64,000 nucleotides of DNA from Camelus ferus (lineage: Eukaryota): NCBI RefSeq assembly GCF_009834535.1, contig NC_045697.1:103170001-103234000 (forward strand), given 5' to 3'. Under the pieces are notes generated by a model. The model worked only from the letters and a program-made list of their open reading frames with translations, had not been told where the DNA came from and did no database searches. Positions 48,421-62,499 of the stretch are shown here, piece by piece. The number at the start of each line of letters is the position of its first letter. Positions within the stretch are counted from its first letter, which is position 1. The translations under genes were made by a program, and so were the position numbers.

Positions 48421-49925
48421 TTATATTATAAAATATAACATATAGTATTTACAAAATACAATAAGGATAGTAACCACGAACACTTTGCATTTTCCCTTGC
48501 TGTTTGATATACGTGGAGCAGAGTTGGCTCTCACAAGATTTATAAGAAGAATTATGAATTAATAGTTTTAAATGACAGTATTATATCCATGGAATGGACT
48601 GATCCTACTTTATTTAAATATTTCCTTAAAATTACATTTTCAGTTAAAATGAATATTCCACTGTTTCGGGTTTTTTTTTTTTTTTTTCCCTACAGATAAA
48701 TTCTCAGAAGTGGGATTACTGGGTCACAGAGCCTTACATTTTCCAGCCTCTCGGTAAACATTCATTAGTTTTCAAAAGTCCTACCACTTTGCAGGGCCAT
48801 CGTCACAAGAGAATCAGCCGCTTTTGGCAACAGTGGGTACCTGGAAGACGTGCTCCTAACTTAATAGTGAAAGATAAGCCACTCCTGAGTTTCAGGCTGA
48901 CTGCTAGCGAGGCTGAACACTTACCCTGATGTTGAGTGATTAGCTTTTCTTTCTTTTATGATGAACTGACTGTTCACGACCTGAAGTGTTTCTTACCAGT
49001 TTATATGAATTTTCTATGTTGTAAATATACTGGCCTTTTGTCATTTTTACAAACACATTTTTCAGACTGTGGTTTTTTGTTTTCCCTTTGTCTTCTCTTT
49101 TGCAAAGAGAGGAAATGTTCCTGTGTCGAATCCCTTGATCCTCCTCCTCTGAGATGTCTTGCGTCACTTAAGCTTTTACAGATCCTTCTCGCTCTGTAAG
49201 TGTGATAAATACTCTATTTTCTTCGAGCCTTTCTGGGGCTGCTTGGTTAACAGGGATTGTGTCAGTCATCTGGCACTTATTTTGGCATCTATGTGACATG
49301 AAGTATATTGATGGTTGTTTTTTCCAAATAGCTATTCAAAATCCTCAACTGCCATTATCGCAACATTTAAAAACTGCAGCAAAATTTGCATTAAGGAGTC
49401 AAGAGCACCAGAGGGACTGTTTTTCCCTCGCTGATGTCCTCTGCAAGGACCAGGGCAGACAGAGGGCAAGGAGGGGTGAAGGAAGAAACACCAAGCAGAG
49501 GACAGTTCTTCAGACTCACAAGTGTGTCGTGGGTGAGAGTCGCCAGTAAGGAGGTCTGAGAAAGCACGTGGATTCTGTGGGAGAATCGCAAGATAGGCCA
49601 CTTGTCGACGCGAAAACCTGCTGTTGATTAAAGCTGTAGATTACAACTTCATTAGGTACCAAGAAAGCATTTCAGATCTCCCAGGGCGCTGAAATGAAGG
49701 ATGCCTGTTCCTACGACAGGTAAACCGGATGAGATAATGAGGCTCACGTAGAATCTCAGGCCTGTCCGGCAGGTCCTGCGCATTTAAAACCTCAGGGAAC
49801 GGATGGAGGCCCAGAGAAGTTAGCATGAGTGCCTGCATTCGCAGTGCCTTGCGGTAACATGGGGTCTAGAACCGGGATCTGGAATTCAGTGCGTGCTCTC
49901 CTCCATCCCAGTAACTTCTTCCACA

Positions 49926-50424
49926 CAGGCCAACCTCAGAGACGCGGCAGGGTTGGTTCCAGACCACAGCAAGAAAGCAAATATCACAATAAAGTCACAT
50001 GAATTTACACATGAGTTGTTTGGTGTCCTGGTGTGTATGAAAGTTATGTTTACACTACACTGTAGTCTATTAAGTGGGCAACAGAATTATGTCTAAAAAA
50101 ACAATGTACATACCTTAATTAAAAGGCACTTTATTGCTAAAAAATGCTGTCATCTGAGCCTTTTTCAGTGAGGCACAATCTCTTTGCAACAGCAATATCA
50201 ATGATCACTGACCACAGACCACATAACAAATATAATGATAACAAAAAGTTTAAAATATCACAAGAATTACCAAAATATGACACAGAGACATAAAGTCGGC
50301 AAACGTTGAAAAATGGTGCTAACAGACTAGCCTGATGCAGGGTTGCCACAAATCTTCACAATTTGCTTAAAAAAAAATCTGCGAAGAGAAACAAGGCAAA
50401 ATGCAATAAAACAAGGTATGCCTG
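49926..50424. mobile_element. Internally deleted Tigger1 DNA transposon
   Basis: Tigger1 termini caggccaacctcagaga...ggttccagaccac and gcaataaaacaaggtatgcctg followed by TA. Confidence 0.88.
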
Positions 50425-50779
50425 TACGTACTAAGGTTAGGCAAGGGCCATGGCTGAGTAATTTTCTTACTTGCATGCACACGTGTGTGTGGATGCACTT
50501 GCACACATCCATTCATTCACTGGATGAAGGTTTCTCTCCACCCACACCAAGCAGCCACGGGTCCAGGTGCTGGAGACGCAGCCGTGCCTTGGATAAGCTC
50601 CTTATTCTTAGGAATATACATTGTCTGTATTACATAGCGTACATAGTGCTTTTATATCATAACTTTGCAACTGCACAGCTTATTAATTACAATTTGGATG
50701 TATATATTTTGGGTCAAAACCACCTCAAAGCAGCAGCTAAAGACAAGAAACCCTCACTGTGAGACCTTCTAGCTTATAA

Positions 50780-51002
50780 CGGGGGTCAGCCAACTAGAAC
50801 CCTCGGGCCAAATCTAGCCTCTGTGCCTTCGTAAATAAAGCTCCCACGGAATGCTGCCACACCCATTCATTTGCATCCTGTCCAGGGCTCCATTCCAATT
50901 CCAACGGCAGAGCTGAACAGCAGGGACAGAAACTGCACAGCCTGAAAGTCTAAGATAGCTACTACCTGGCCCTTAAAAGAAAAACCCTTGCTAGCACCCC
51001 TG
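50780..51002. mobile_element. MER58A-like hAT-Charlie MITE
   Basis: TIR-like ends cgggggtcagccaac / gctagcacccctg; perfect 8-bp TSD gcttataa at 50772-50779 and 51003-51010. Confidence 0.88.
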
Positions 51003-52693
51003 GCTTATAAAATAGGATATAACCTTATTCCCTAATAGCTGTAGCATCTAAGGCTTCTACTGTGTTAGAAAAGACAGTCCTTCAGTGCATCTCACTCTCG
51101 CTCTCTGTGCTAACACACCGCTACACCAGGAGCGCCACCACCTCAGAGAGAGCAGATCGTCGCTGTGTTCCCCGTGGCAACTGAGAAGTATGTTTGCATC
51201 GGTTACTTGTGAATGTGAAGTTTCCAGTGATGACAGTCAAGTGATTCTAAGTCCAACTTCCTTCCAGCCATTATGGTTTCTATGGTTTCCTGGAGGTGGT
51301 GGTGGAGGGGGCTGCGGAGGGGGGAGGGGGAAGGGAAGGTTCTCGGCTGGGTTTGGGCATGCTTTGGGGTGGGGAGGGCGAGAAGAAAGGACGTGTAATA
51401 GAAAAGAGAGAGAAAAAAGAATACCTGAAAAGCCAGTGGAAATGGAACAGAGGCTGGCCTTTCCCTCCACTGGCCGCTCCAGAAATGCTAAATTTAATTT
51501 GTCTTCGATGTGAGTTTCCCAGCTCACCTGCTGCCCACGGTGCTAATGTGGTTACGGTCAGACAACTGACTGTAAAAACGGCACCTTCTCACTCAGCCTA
51601 ACGGCTCTCTGCAGACCTCCGAGTCATAGCTGCTCAACTTACTGACAAAAACAAGCTTTTATTGCTGTTGGCACCACGGAGCCAAAGCGGCCAGGAAAGC
51701 ACAGAGACTTCACGGCCGTGCACATCGTCAGGGAGATTCCCCTTCCTGAATCCTTCAAGTGCTGAGGATGCGGGGGGCTGACCCAACGCCTGGGGCTGGT
51801 GGTCAGCAATGTAACTTGGAAGCCCTGGGAAATACAGCGGGAGCTCCTCCTCCTCCTAATTTAATGACTCCGTGCTGGTGTCATTTGTAACTATCACTTG
51901 GGAGAGGACAATTGCACGGTGAAGTCAAAATGTTAACATCATTAAATGGAAGAAGTTAACCAGCATGGCAAGAGCCTTACAGGAAAGGACAGCCATGGCA
52001 AAGTCTTGGCTGAAGCCAAGAGAGACATTGGGTTGTTTCGGGAGAAGCCGGTTTTCTTTATCTCTGGACAGAACTGCCAGGGCATCATTCTGGAGGGTGT
52101 CCAGGCTGCAGTTCAAGGGAAGAGGAGCACAGCCCGCAGAATGATGTTTGCGGTACCCTGGCACCATAAAACAGAAAGGCGTAGAACTCTGCCAAGGGCT
52201 GCACGGGGCTGCCAGGACAGCAGTGATACGGAGAGTGGGCTCCAGCATGAAACTGTGCTGGTCTGAGTTTCTGGAGTCACATCCTGGTGGACACCTGAAG
52301 CCTCGGTTTCTCCACCTGGCTAGTATGCCGACAGTGGTATTGACTGCAGAGGGTTGTTTTAAGCTTAAATGAGATCCAGAGCGCAAAGGCGCAAGCCTGG
52401 GGCATCGTAAAAGCTGGATGACTGCTGGCTACAATGATGATGATCAGGATGAGGAACAAGCCAACAGCCCGCACCCTTCAACTGCTTGTGCGGCTGTCAG
52501 ATCAGCGTGGCACAAGCCGGGCCAGATAATGGGGGAAGTGGCCCTGCCACCCCGAGAAAGCCCCTCCTTCTGGAAGGAAATGTCAGTGTCGCCTGGTGAA
52601 GAGGATGCCCCTGCCAGGGAATGGGGGGTGGGGTGGGGAGGGCAACTGGGGTTGGAAGAGAGACTGGTGCGAAGGACAGACAGGGAGGGTCAC

Positions 52694-52860
52694 CTGTGTG
52701 CTTGGTGCCGATGTGAGCCTTTATCTCTGCTTCCTCCATGGTGACGAAGTCGCAGGCCGTGCAGCAGATGGAGAACATCCACTGCTCCTTGTCCACGTGG
52801 AGCGACATGTGACTGACAAACTGGACATTGAGCTCGGTCTCAAATCCACACACGTGACAG
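52694..52860 (-). CDS. ZNF827: ZNF827 exon (S)CHVCGFETELNVQFVSHMSLH...CTACDFVTMEEAEIKAHIGTKHT
   Basis: ctctggtacag| and |gtgacc, 167 nt, two C2H2-type motifs. Confidence 0.96.
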
Positions 52861-53938
52861 CTGTACCAGAGGGGGAATGAAGAGAAGCAGAGAGAGAAGA
52901 GTGATCTTCCTAACAGAAGCTATTCAGTTGGACTCGGGACACTCTGAAATCCAGGCCTTGACCCAGGTTTTCCTCCCACCAAAAGGCTTTGCGTTAGGAA
53001 ATTCTTCCGCTTTCTGGGACGCCTCTGATGTGGTCACCGTGCCAAACGGACTAAGTTGGAGCATAATGTAACAATCCCATACATGCTCTAATGATGCTAA
53101 TAGTCATAAATCTAATGAAAAATTACAGATTCCAGATGCTGCAAAACACCTAACTGATTCCTTTGGGCAAAGAGATGCGGGGCAGCCTTGCCAAGGTATT
53201 AGTGGTGCTGGTGCACTGATAAACTTGAGTAACCCGCACACCCGGTGAGCCCCTCTCTGGCTCTGGAAACCTTCCATGCAGGAATGGACGCACATCCAGG
53301 TGGCACTCTGAGCAGGAGCAAGCCCTGTCTGTGACCGTCCTGGATAGAAGTTGCCCTCCTTGGAGACATTCCATGCAAACACAGCTAGCAAGTTTCCTCC
53401 CATCTGGATAGCCCGTCACTCAGGCAAGATTCAACAGCAAGTCTGAAACTTGGGATTTTACAGCAACCAAACCAAATATAGATTCATGGTTGACTATGGA
53501 AGAGAAACGCAAAATTCCAGGTACTGAAGGATAACACAGCCAAGGGAAAGCAGGCAATACTTCCAGGGCTATTTTCTCAGAGTTCTCAGGTTGATTTTTC
53601 CTTCGGATAATTCTCAGGAAGCAGCGAGGTGCTCAGTTAGGAAGCTGGGAGCTTCCCAGCCACACAGACCTCACAGCTAATCACCGGGGAGCAGCCCTGC
53701 CACTCTCCGGGGCTCCGCCCTGCAGACCATCTCCCTTTTACTTAACTCTCTCAGGGCCACTCAGCCGGGAGAGGAGTCAGTGCAACACAGGGTTCAATCC
53801 AAGCAAAGCAAATATGAAAAGGAAGGTCAGCACTGTGTCAGAGAAGAGATGCCTTGACATGTGTGCCCCAGCAGAGGGGCAGGGAGTGTTCGGGAAGGTC
53901 TGGGCAGCCCCGGTTAGCGGGCTCCACTGGCGGCTCAC

Positions 53939-54110
53939 CTGTAATAATAAGGGTGTTTCTTCCCATCACTGCCTTCAGAGGTGACGGCGCTCACGATGTC
54001 CTCGGTGTCCGTACTCACCAGCTTCACCGAGTGGACGGTCAGGTGCTGGTTCAGGTTTGCACGGCACTTAGCAGCATAGGGGCACAAGTGGCATTTGTAT
54101 TTTCTTTCCT
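53939..54110 (-). CDS. ZNF827: ZNF827 exon EERKYKCHLCPYAAKCRANLNQHLTVH...GKKHPYYY
   Basis: ttccttctccctcag| and |gtgagc, 172 nt, one C2H2 finger. Confidence 0.96.
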
Positions 54111-54274
54111 CTGAGGGAGAAGGAACAGGAAAAAACCCAAACCATGCTCAGAAATGGAATCTCAACACCTTGCAAAAGACCACTTCAAGGTATCAAGGAG
54201 AGAGTTCGAAATCTCGTTTCAAATGGGGACAAAGGGAACACCTTGGAGTTGTAAACATTCGAAAAGTCTCTACC

Positions 54275-54398
54275 GGGCAGGTCATGCCTAGCTCAGTGGT
54301 AGAGTGCATGCCTAGCATGCACAAGGTCCTGGGTTCAACCCAATAAAAATAAATAAATGAATAATCTTCATTACCTTCCCACCAAAAAAAAAAAAAAG
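54275..54398 (+). mobile_element. Vic-1-type SINE
   Basis: tagctcagtggtagagtgcatgcctagcatgcacaaggtcctgggttcaa followed by an A-rich tail. Confidence 0.85.
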
Positions 54399-55509
54399 AA
54401 AGTCCCAGGGCAACTGGACCATCTGCCTTTTCCTGGACACCTACAGGTCCCTCTCCCTGGTAAGGTGAGCCCCACAGGGGCTAAAAGAATATCGTGTGTG
54501 CCTGCCCTCCTCCTGCCATGTGTCGGTCCAGGGTGGGTGCTGAGGTGGGGGGGAAGGGTTGTGACACAGCATTCGCAGGACTGGTGTGTTTAAGAGAAAT
54601 CTCATCATTTTCCCTAAGCTCCAGTCTGGGTTGGCCAGGAAACAAAAAAGAATGAAACTAAGGGGGAAAAAAGGACTTGGATGAAAAGATTTAACTGGAA
54701 ATGTTCATGCTACAGAAATAAAACACAAAGTTTCAATTGATTTCTTAATAGAAGCCCCCCCCCCTTTTTTTTTTTGTAAAATTGACAATGTTTCAGGACT
54801 GCTTCCAGAGTGGCATTCTGAATTCATTTGACTCATCAAGCAAAGTAAAGTAAAAGGAGCAGGTTTTGCTCTCAGGTCCAGATAAAGGTAACAGATGATA
54901 ACAGAGCAAGGAAAGAACAATTTCTGTTTCTGTCCTTAGTTCTTACTCTTGTAATACTGGGCTTGCCTTAAAGAAAATACCTGTCTTATCTCCTTCACAG
55001 GGAAGAGTGCAGAAAAAAATTTTCTGCAGCAAAATGTAAGGCATTGTTATTATAACAGGTGTTCCCCAACATCTGATGTGACGGTGGCCCTGGGCTCAGC
55101 AGGGCTGGGAGGATCCCCTATCGTGCAGATAGACTAGAGCCCTTTCTTTAGAATTTCTGCACTTGTACTAATAAATGAGGTTGTTAAGTTTGGTATTAAG
55201 GTTACGATTTCTTTACAAAGTGAATCGTAGAGATTCCTAGCTTTTTCTGTCATTTGGAAAAGTTTAATAATATCAGAATTTTCTAGTCTCAAAAGGCTTT
55301 TTTAAAAGAACTAACCTGAGACAATTTCTGGACCTGATGCCTTTTTTTGTAGTATTTCTTTCATCATCTTTCCAAGTCACCCTTTGGTAACTGATCTGCT
55401 TAAGTCCCCCCCCTCCATCTTGGGCCAATTTTGGAAATTATTCTTTATATCTTTATATCTTTAAATATATATTTATATTCGTTATATCTATGTCATCTAA
55501 AGCTTTCAA

Positions 55510-55657
55510 AATATATGAAAACAAATATATGTATGTATATGCATGACTGGGACACTGTGCTGTACACCAGAAACTGACACATTGTAATTGACTGTACTTC
55601 AATTAAAAAATAAATACAATACAGTACAATAAAATAAAATAAAATAAAATAAAATAA
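55510..55657 (+). mobile_element. Very short camelid-type L1 3' end with (TAAAA)n tail
   Basis: atgcatgactgggacactgtgctgtacaccagaaactgacacattgtaattgactgtacttcaatt followed by a pentamer repeat. Confidence 0.8.
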
Positions 55658-56362
55658 GTTTACAGCTTTTATTTTTTATTTTTTTGGCATAGAGTTGCTC
55701 TATTCTCCAACAGTTCTTTAATGGCATCTGTATTGAGAATTAGGCTTCCTTTTTCATTGCTAACTTTGAATGTTTTGGCCTCCTTTTTCCTTCTTGGACT
55801 TAACAGGATTTATCCATTTTATATTCTTCTTCCTAGATTTTGTTCTCTTACAAATTCTTTAAGATGGGTGGTAAGTTCCTTTATTTTTCTTTCTTCTCTT
55901 CTAATTGTAACGTTCATGTCTGTAAATGCTCCTTGCACAGAGCTGTGACTGCCTACTCCAGGGTGAGGTGCGAAGTGTTCTCCTTTCACTCCTCCTGGAG
56001 GTCTGCAATTTGCGATTTGATTTTCTTCCTTTTCTTTGATCCAATTAGATAGGACATTTTATGGACCCTCGGTTATTTTATTTTATTATTATTACTCTGC
56101 ATTTCATTAAGAACATTTTATTATTAAATTTATCGTATGTTATGGCTTACCATTCTTGTGTTCCTGATTATTATGTAGACTGCAATTTTTTTGATGTTTA
56201 ACATATTTTGCAGAACTGATGTGTTGATTTTCTTACAGCTGGCAGTGCCTCCCCACTATGTCATTTTGCACACTGACTTGGTATATTGGTATTACATGAA
56301 AGCTTTAATAAGCAGAAATGCACTTAATATAACAAATAAAATATGTATGTGTATGTGTATAT

Positions 56363-56409
<47 letters not shown>
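56363..56409. repeat. (GATA)n tetranucleotide microsatellite
   Basis: Seen directly. Confidence 0.95.
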
Positions 56410-56889
56410 TCATATTAAAAAATTATTTATCCACACCTTTAATTTTCAGTACAGCTCCCTTTCTCTGTATGTCATATTATTTTCCCTTGAAAATTTCCAA
56501 GGGGGGAAAAAAAATCTCATTAACAAATGCCTCCCTCACTTGCAAATATCAACATAGCTTCAACTTGTTCCAATTAGATCTTTCGTTATTTTAAATTTCA
56601 TTTAACTACACTTAGAGAATGTGGCCTAAGGAGCTTCAACTTTATTGAACATGTGAAAGTTTCCTTTGTGGCTAAGTATGTGACTAAATTCTGTCTTTAG
56701 TGGTTTAATATTTAAGATTAAAGTATTAAAATATGTATATACATAAAAAGAGAAAATTAATCTTGTTCTATGAATATTGCCTGTTGAGCCTTCTTCGTTA
56801 TTTTGTGTGACATACAAACCCTTTTTTTCTATATCATTTTGTTTTGTGTTTCCTGTAAGTAAGACATATTTGAATTCATTTTCTCAAAA

Positions 56890-57348
56890 AATTTTTTTAA
56901 ATGGAAACATACTTGGTTTGCAATGTGTTAGTTTCAGGTACACAGCAAAGTGGTTCAGTTATACATACACATATGGATAAGAATATGAAGAAGGATGTGT
57001 GTGTGTGTATATATATATTTCAGATTCTTTTCCATGATAGGTTATTAGAAGATACTGAATATAGTTCCTGTGCTGCACAGTGGGCAGTTGCTCTTTATTT
57101 TTCATATAGTAGAGTATATGTATTAATCCCCAAATCCTAATTTATTCCTCCCTACCCTTTGCACTTTGGTCACCACAGTTTGTTTTCTATGTCTGTGAGT
57201 CTGTTTCTGGTTTATAAATAAGTTCACGTGTTTCATTTTTTTTTAGATTCCACCTATAAGCGATATCATACGATACTCATCTTTCCCCGTCTGACTTCCT
57301 TCACTGGGTACGATCATGTCTACGTCCATCCCTGTTGCTGCAGATGGC
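56890..57348 (-). mobile_element. Cetartiodactyl L1 3' end
   Basis: tgtgttagtttcaggtacacagcaaagtggttcagt...ttctatgtctgtgagtctgtttc...ttagattccacctataagcgatatcatac. Confidence 0.85.
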
Positions 57349-57975
57349 TGAGACACATTTGAATTTTTAACAAGTCTGTTGTGTAAAAACTGAAACACTT
57401 CCTTATTTCCATCTTGCTTTTTGGTTACTACTGATTTGACCTAACTTCTTTTTGTTCTTGCTTATCCTTGCTGCATTGATTAAGTTCCTATTTATCCTTC
57501 CTTGGCTCCTTCTTAACTTGGCTGTCTTCCCTTCCCCAACACAGAACCAACCACGTGGCTCTACTGTTACACGAACATAAAGACAGTGACTGTTTCTCCA
57601 CCAAGGTGCTCTTCCCCTCTCTGCTCCCCCTACCACAAAAAAATGAATCCAATAAGATGGGGTGCAGCCCCACCCCCGACGCCCACAAGATGAGAGCAAT
57701 AAACTCCTTGGAGTTGCGGAATTTTACTGGAATGTACCCAAATGTGTATCTTTTCCCATCAGTCCTACTCGAACTCAATGGGTCCTTTCAATAACAATAA
57801 AAGACCCCTTCCAGAGCCTTATTTGAACAGTGCCAGGGAAAATGGCTTAAATAGATCAGGAGAAAAACATTTCTACCACTTCCTGTTATCATTCTCTTAG
57901 AGAAACTCAGCTTGCTGGTAGTGGAGAGGCTGGCGATGGAGAGGGGGAAGGCCTGGCAGTGAGGCCCCGACTCAC

Positions 57976-58113
57976 CTGTGTGCAGGGAGAGATGCCGGGA
58001 CAACGTCTGCTGTCGGCCGAACACTTTCCCACATACGTCACAGGGAAAAAGCTGGTCGTTGAATTTCCAGGATGGCAACCCATTTCCTGCCTCTAGGACT
58101 ATCTTTTCTGTTT
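57976..58113 (-). CDS. ZNF827: ZNF827 exon (E)TEKIVLEAGNGLPSWKFNDQLFPCDVCGKVFGRQQTLSRHLSLHT
   Basis: ttgttcttttggcccag| and |gtgagt, 138 nt, one C2H2 finger; the upstream exons were not found and presumably lie beyond the window. Confidence 0.95.
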
Positions 58114-58678
58114 CTGGGCCAAAAGAACAAAAAGCATCATGAGGAATAAATAAGGGAACGTGAACAAATTTCAGTTTAGTCAACATTTAGGACTTCAGCA
58201 AAGGCTCCCTTCTGAACAATGACTGCAAACAAGACCAAGTAACCTCTGGGCTTCCTGCTCATTTCCCTTCTCTATGAAGGCCATGCCTGAAAGTTGTGGA
58301 TTTCCATTTTAGTCAAGTCTCCAGTATTTTCTCTCCTTCCTCACTAACGCTCAGCCGACCCACCCCTCCAGCAGGTTGATAGCGTGGTTCAGCACCGTGC
58401 CCAGTATACAGCTGGTTCTCCATAAATATATGTTGAAGGAGTGATGGTTGAGCTGCACATTAAAGTTCCAGAAATGTAGGCTCTGGCCACCAGACAGTAA
58501 GTCAAGAAGACTGAAGCTCAGATTCCAATGCAAAAAGAAATGGTTTGATCTCTTGAAAGGAAATACGCTCTCACTGCCTTTTATGAAAAAAGGTTTTGCC
58601 CTGTGTTCTGGGTTGTGAAAAATCCTTAATGAGGAACGTTTCATCACACAGACTCAGTGATGACAACAGCACGGGGCT

Positions 58679-59033
58679 TGCCATGGCCTTAATGTTTGTG
58701 TCCCCCCTTAAATTCCTATGTTGAAACCCTAACACTCAAGGTGATGGTTTTTAGAGGTAGGGTCTCTGGGAGGTGTTTAGATCATGAAGGTAGACCCTCA
58801 TGAATGGGATTAAAACCCTTAAAAAAGAGGCCCCACAGGGCTCCCTAGCCCACCCCCACCCCGGCCATGTGAGGCCACAGCAAGGAGTAGGCTGTCTTGT
58901 CCCAGAAGGCAGCCCTCACCTGACCTGCTGGTACCCTGATCTAGGGTTTCCAGCATCCAGAACTGTAAGCAATATATTTTGTTGTTTATAAGCTACCCAC
59001 ACTGTGGTTATAGCAGCTTTTCGGGCTAAGACA
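58679..59033 (+). mobile_element. MaLR solo LTR (MLT1A-like)
   Basis: TG...CA ends; aatgtttgtgtcccccc..aaattcctatgttgaaaccctaa, ttccagcatccagaactgtaag, ttgtttataagctaccc...ctaagaca. Confidence 0.88.
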
Positions 59034-61439
59034 CAGCTCCACATAAAACTCCTTAATGTAAGAGTTACACAAGCAGAATTTCCCCAGTGGTCTCATCATA
59101 TTTAGGAAAATGATGACGGCCACAAGTCATCTATGGATGACTCGCAGGCCATGAATGAAACAAGTGGATGTTAATACCTTCTCCTGCCGTCTGAAAAAGT
59201 TCTTATTTTCTCATCATCATCCATTGGGTTACCTTTCATTTTCTCACCCATTTTTCTTCTCACTGAGCTGTAATGGATTATACAAACATTCCTTCTACAG
59301 TAACACAAGGGGCGAGGTGACAGAGTACCAAAAGGAGAGAAGGGGCCACTTCTACGAGGACACTTGTCTGAGCCACTGATAGGCCTTTAGGCTTCACTCT
59401 GAAGAACAAGACAGATAATTCACTGAGCTAATATCTCGTCTTTTACTTCAGTAAATTGCTGTGAACGTTCTCACAGCACGGTAGTGCCTGATAGAGCCGG
59501 ATGCCACGTGGCGGGAATCAGATGGTAGAAAGAACTTTTCAGACGATCCAAGCCGAGGAAAACACTCGGACCCACTGGGCATCGACAACAGCAGAACAAA
59601 GACCTTGATTTCACACAACTGGGCTGACACTGCTTCCCCAGTACAAGTACAGGCTTCCACCTGCAGTTGGGTGAGTCGACTGGATCAATTTTCATTTGAA
59701 TTCAGATTTGCCAGATAGTATAATCTCAGGAAAGAAGAAACAAATACGACGTATGTATGTTTGGCGGGGGAAGGGGCAGGCACTGATGGTGAAATTGCAA
59801 AAATATTTGCTATGAGGCACCTGCCAGCAGTCCTAACACTGATAAGGCACATGTATTGATTTATCTGTGTTTGTTAAACGAAGCTCTTTGGGCCCGGAGA
59901 GAAGAGCTGGTCTTACTAGTGTATGAATGTGTGACCACAGACCTCGGAAGGGGAAGGGGTGGGACTGTGGGGGAAGGAAGGAGGAAAGGGAGGTGCAGGG
60001 ATCTGAGATGCCGAGGACAAGAACCATCCTCAGATGACCGTCTGTGAGTCCAAGCCGTGGGCACTTCTGCCTCACGGTGATGAGAGGGCACTTCAGTCGT
60101 GCCTTTGAAGTGCGTAATCAAAACAGTGCTTCAAAGGAGGACGACTAGTAACAACTATGAGGAGAGATTAAGAGGATACAGGGTCTTCTGATACATTCAC
60201 GACAAGAATGAACTGGGTCACTGGGTCACGTGCCAAACAAGTCAATGCAATTAAACAGAAAAGAAGTCTCTGAATAATTCTTTCAAGTATGAGTCACACA
60301 CTTGAGAAGTTGAAGCATCATGAAATGTTGAATTCCCTCTACTGGCCTAGAAAACCATTAGGCTCACGAAGGCTGTGCTGCAGCCAAGCAGAAAGAACAC
60401 CCTACGGCCACGGAGAGGTGGCCAGAGACACCAGGAGAGCATCCAGCCCCGGTCAGCCACCGCCTGGCTCCTGGCCCCCACGTCTGTCCAGGGCTCGGCT
60501 CCTCTCCCCGCTGGCTGTCTGCATTCACGCCGGAGTGAGGCAACCACGGGCAGCGGAGCCTCACCCCAGAACGCGACCTTGACACCCCAGCAGGGCGAAG
60601 AGGGGTATTTGCCCAAACACGTACTGAAGTAAAAGGCTTGCTCCTCTTTTCACGGAGCTGAAATGGAGCTCAGCGGACCCCATGTTTGCCCACATTTCCT
60701 GGGAAGGGTGTCACCCAAATGCCACAGGAGAAACCGTGGCATCTATCTGATTCCTCCCTCTCTCTCACTGTGTCTTTCAACACATCCAAGCAGTCACTGA
60801 GAGCTGTCTGTCTGGTTCTGGAGTGATACCTGAATGTGATCGATTCCCAGCAAGGCCAGTCTTTAGAAAGACCAGTGTCTGCCTTTTGGGAGCAGGACTG
60901 GCCCCATCACCATAGAGAATGGCCAGCCTGGACCACCAGCTCTCCAGGAGGCATTCCAAAGGTGAGCAGCACACTTGGTCTGCAGCTTTCGAGGATCAGA
61001 ATTTCCCCAAAATATTTAGAACAATTCAAGTTGTAAACCAATTGATAAACGTTTATAAAAACTGACATAGAGGCCTGTATGAATCTCTCTGCATTAGCAG
61101 TAAGGACTGTCACCCCACATGAAGAAAACCACTGTGGGGACAGCGGTGCGTGTCCCAGGATGTGCATTTTAAAGCTCTATTCATAGACACAGACACCGTG
61201 CTCCGTCTCCGGCATGGGGAACTGGGGGAACTGAGTGAACTGGCCTGGCTACCTCTGTGGTCTATGCTACAGGTTTAAAGATACCATGATTTGATTTGTG
61301 TGCGTGTGTGGACAACAGTGTGAAAGCTAAAACTGACATATTTTCATGTCAAGTTTTTCTCTTCTTTAATTTTTGATAACTTTGGGGAAAAAAAGAAGAC
61401 CTCAGAGATCTTTCTGGAACCCCACTGCCTTCACTGAGT

Positions 61440-62200
61440 CATTGTTCCTCACTGGGATTGTCACAGAAGCCTGCTAAATGGCCTCTCCGGTACCAGCCTC
61501 TCTCCATCTCAATAACCCTTCCTCCCAGATTCCAGAATGATCTTCCTGAGGCACAAATCAGGTCATCTCTCATCCTGTGTTCCAGCGGCCTCCCACGGCC
61601 AGACTCCCGCACAAGGCTCCTGAGATCCTTCAGTCTGGCTCCAACCACCTCTCACCTTCAGCTCCACACCTCACCTCCCACCACCCAAATGCTCAGCAGA
61701 GTGAGCAACTCACCTTTTCCAGAACTAGCTCATCGCTTCTGGGCTGTCAATGCTTTTGAACCTACTATGCCTCCAACAGAAATCACTCCCCACCCCAGCG
61801 CTTCTTCCACACACAAACTCTGGCTCATTTTCAAGTCCTATCTCAGACCGCACCTCCTCGGTAAAGCCTTCGCCAGTTCCCCAGGTCACGAGTCACTCCC
61901 CCTTCTCTGTTCGGAGCACTTCCATGAATACTCACTCTATTGCACCACTTTACCGGTTACATTTCTTGTTTGCGTATCTTCTATATTCTATGTACCTTTT
62001 TAACACAGAGCATCAGCCAGTCCAACAGGCAGCAGTGTTCAATAATAACTAGGTTCACTGGCCTCCCCTCCCTATTAGAATGTGAGTCATTGAGGGAGGG
62101 GGTTCTGCATGATTTACTTGTAAACCCTCAGCATTTGCACATGCCTGATACACAGCAGGTGTGTAGTATACAGTTGCCGAGGAAACGAATGACCAAATGA
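61440..62200 (+). mobile_element. LINE-2 fragment
   Basis: L2 motifs including tattagaatgtgagtcattgagggagggg...aaccctcagcatttgcacatgcctgatacacagcagg. Confidence 0.65.
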
Positions 62201-62499
62201 AAGGACCCAAATGAGGCAGGGAATAAAGATTATTCTTACTTTATAGGGGGGAAAGACTGAGGCCTGGAAATAGCTTTTGTCAAGGCTAATGGCCAATTCA
62301 GGGTGAAAAATAAGGCTACTTGCTTTCCGAATGGTGTTTTAACTCAACCCAAAGACTGTGATTTAATGATTTTATTAGTGGAAATGTTTGCGGTCTTTAG
62401 CCATATCCCCAAAGATTCTATGTCCCTACTTCCCAACAACAAGCCACAGGATTATTCTTTTCAAAACAAATTCTCTGGCAGACACTGTTTTTCAATTAA

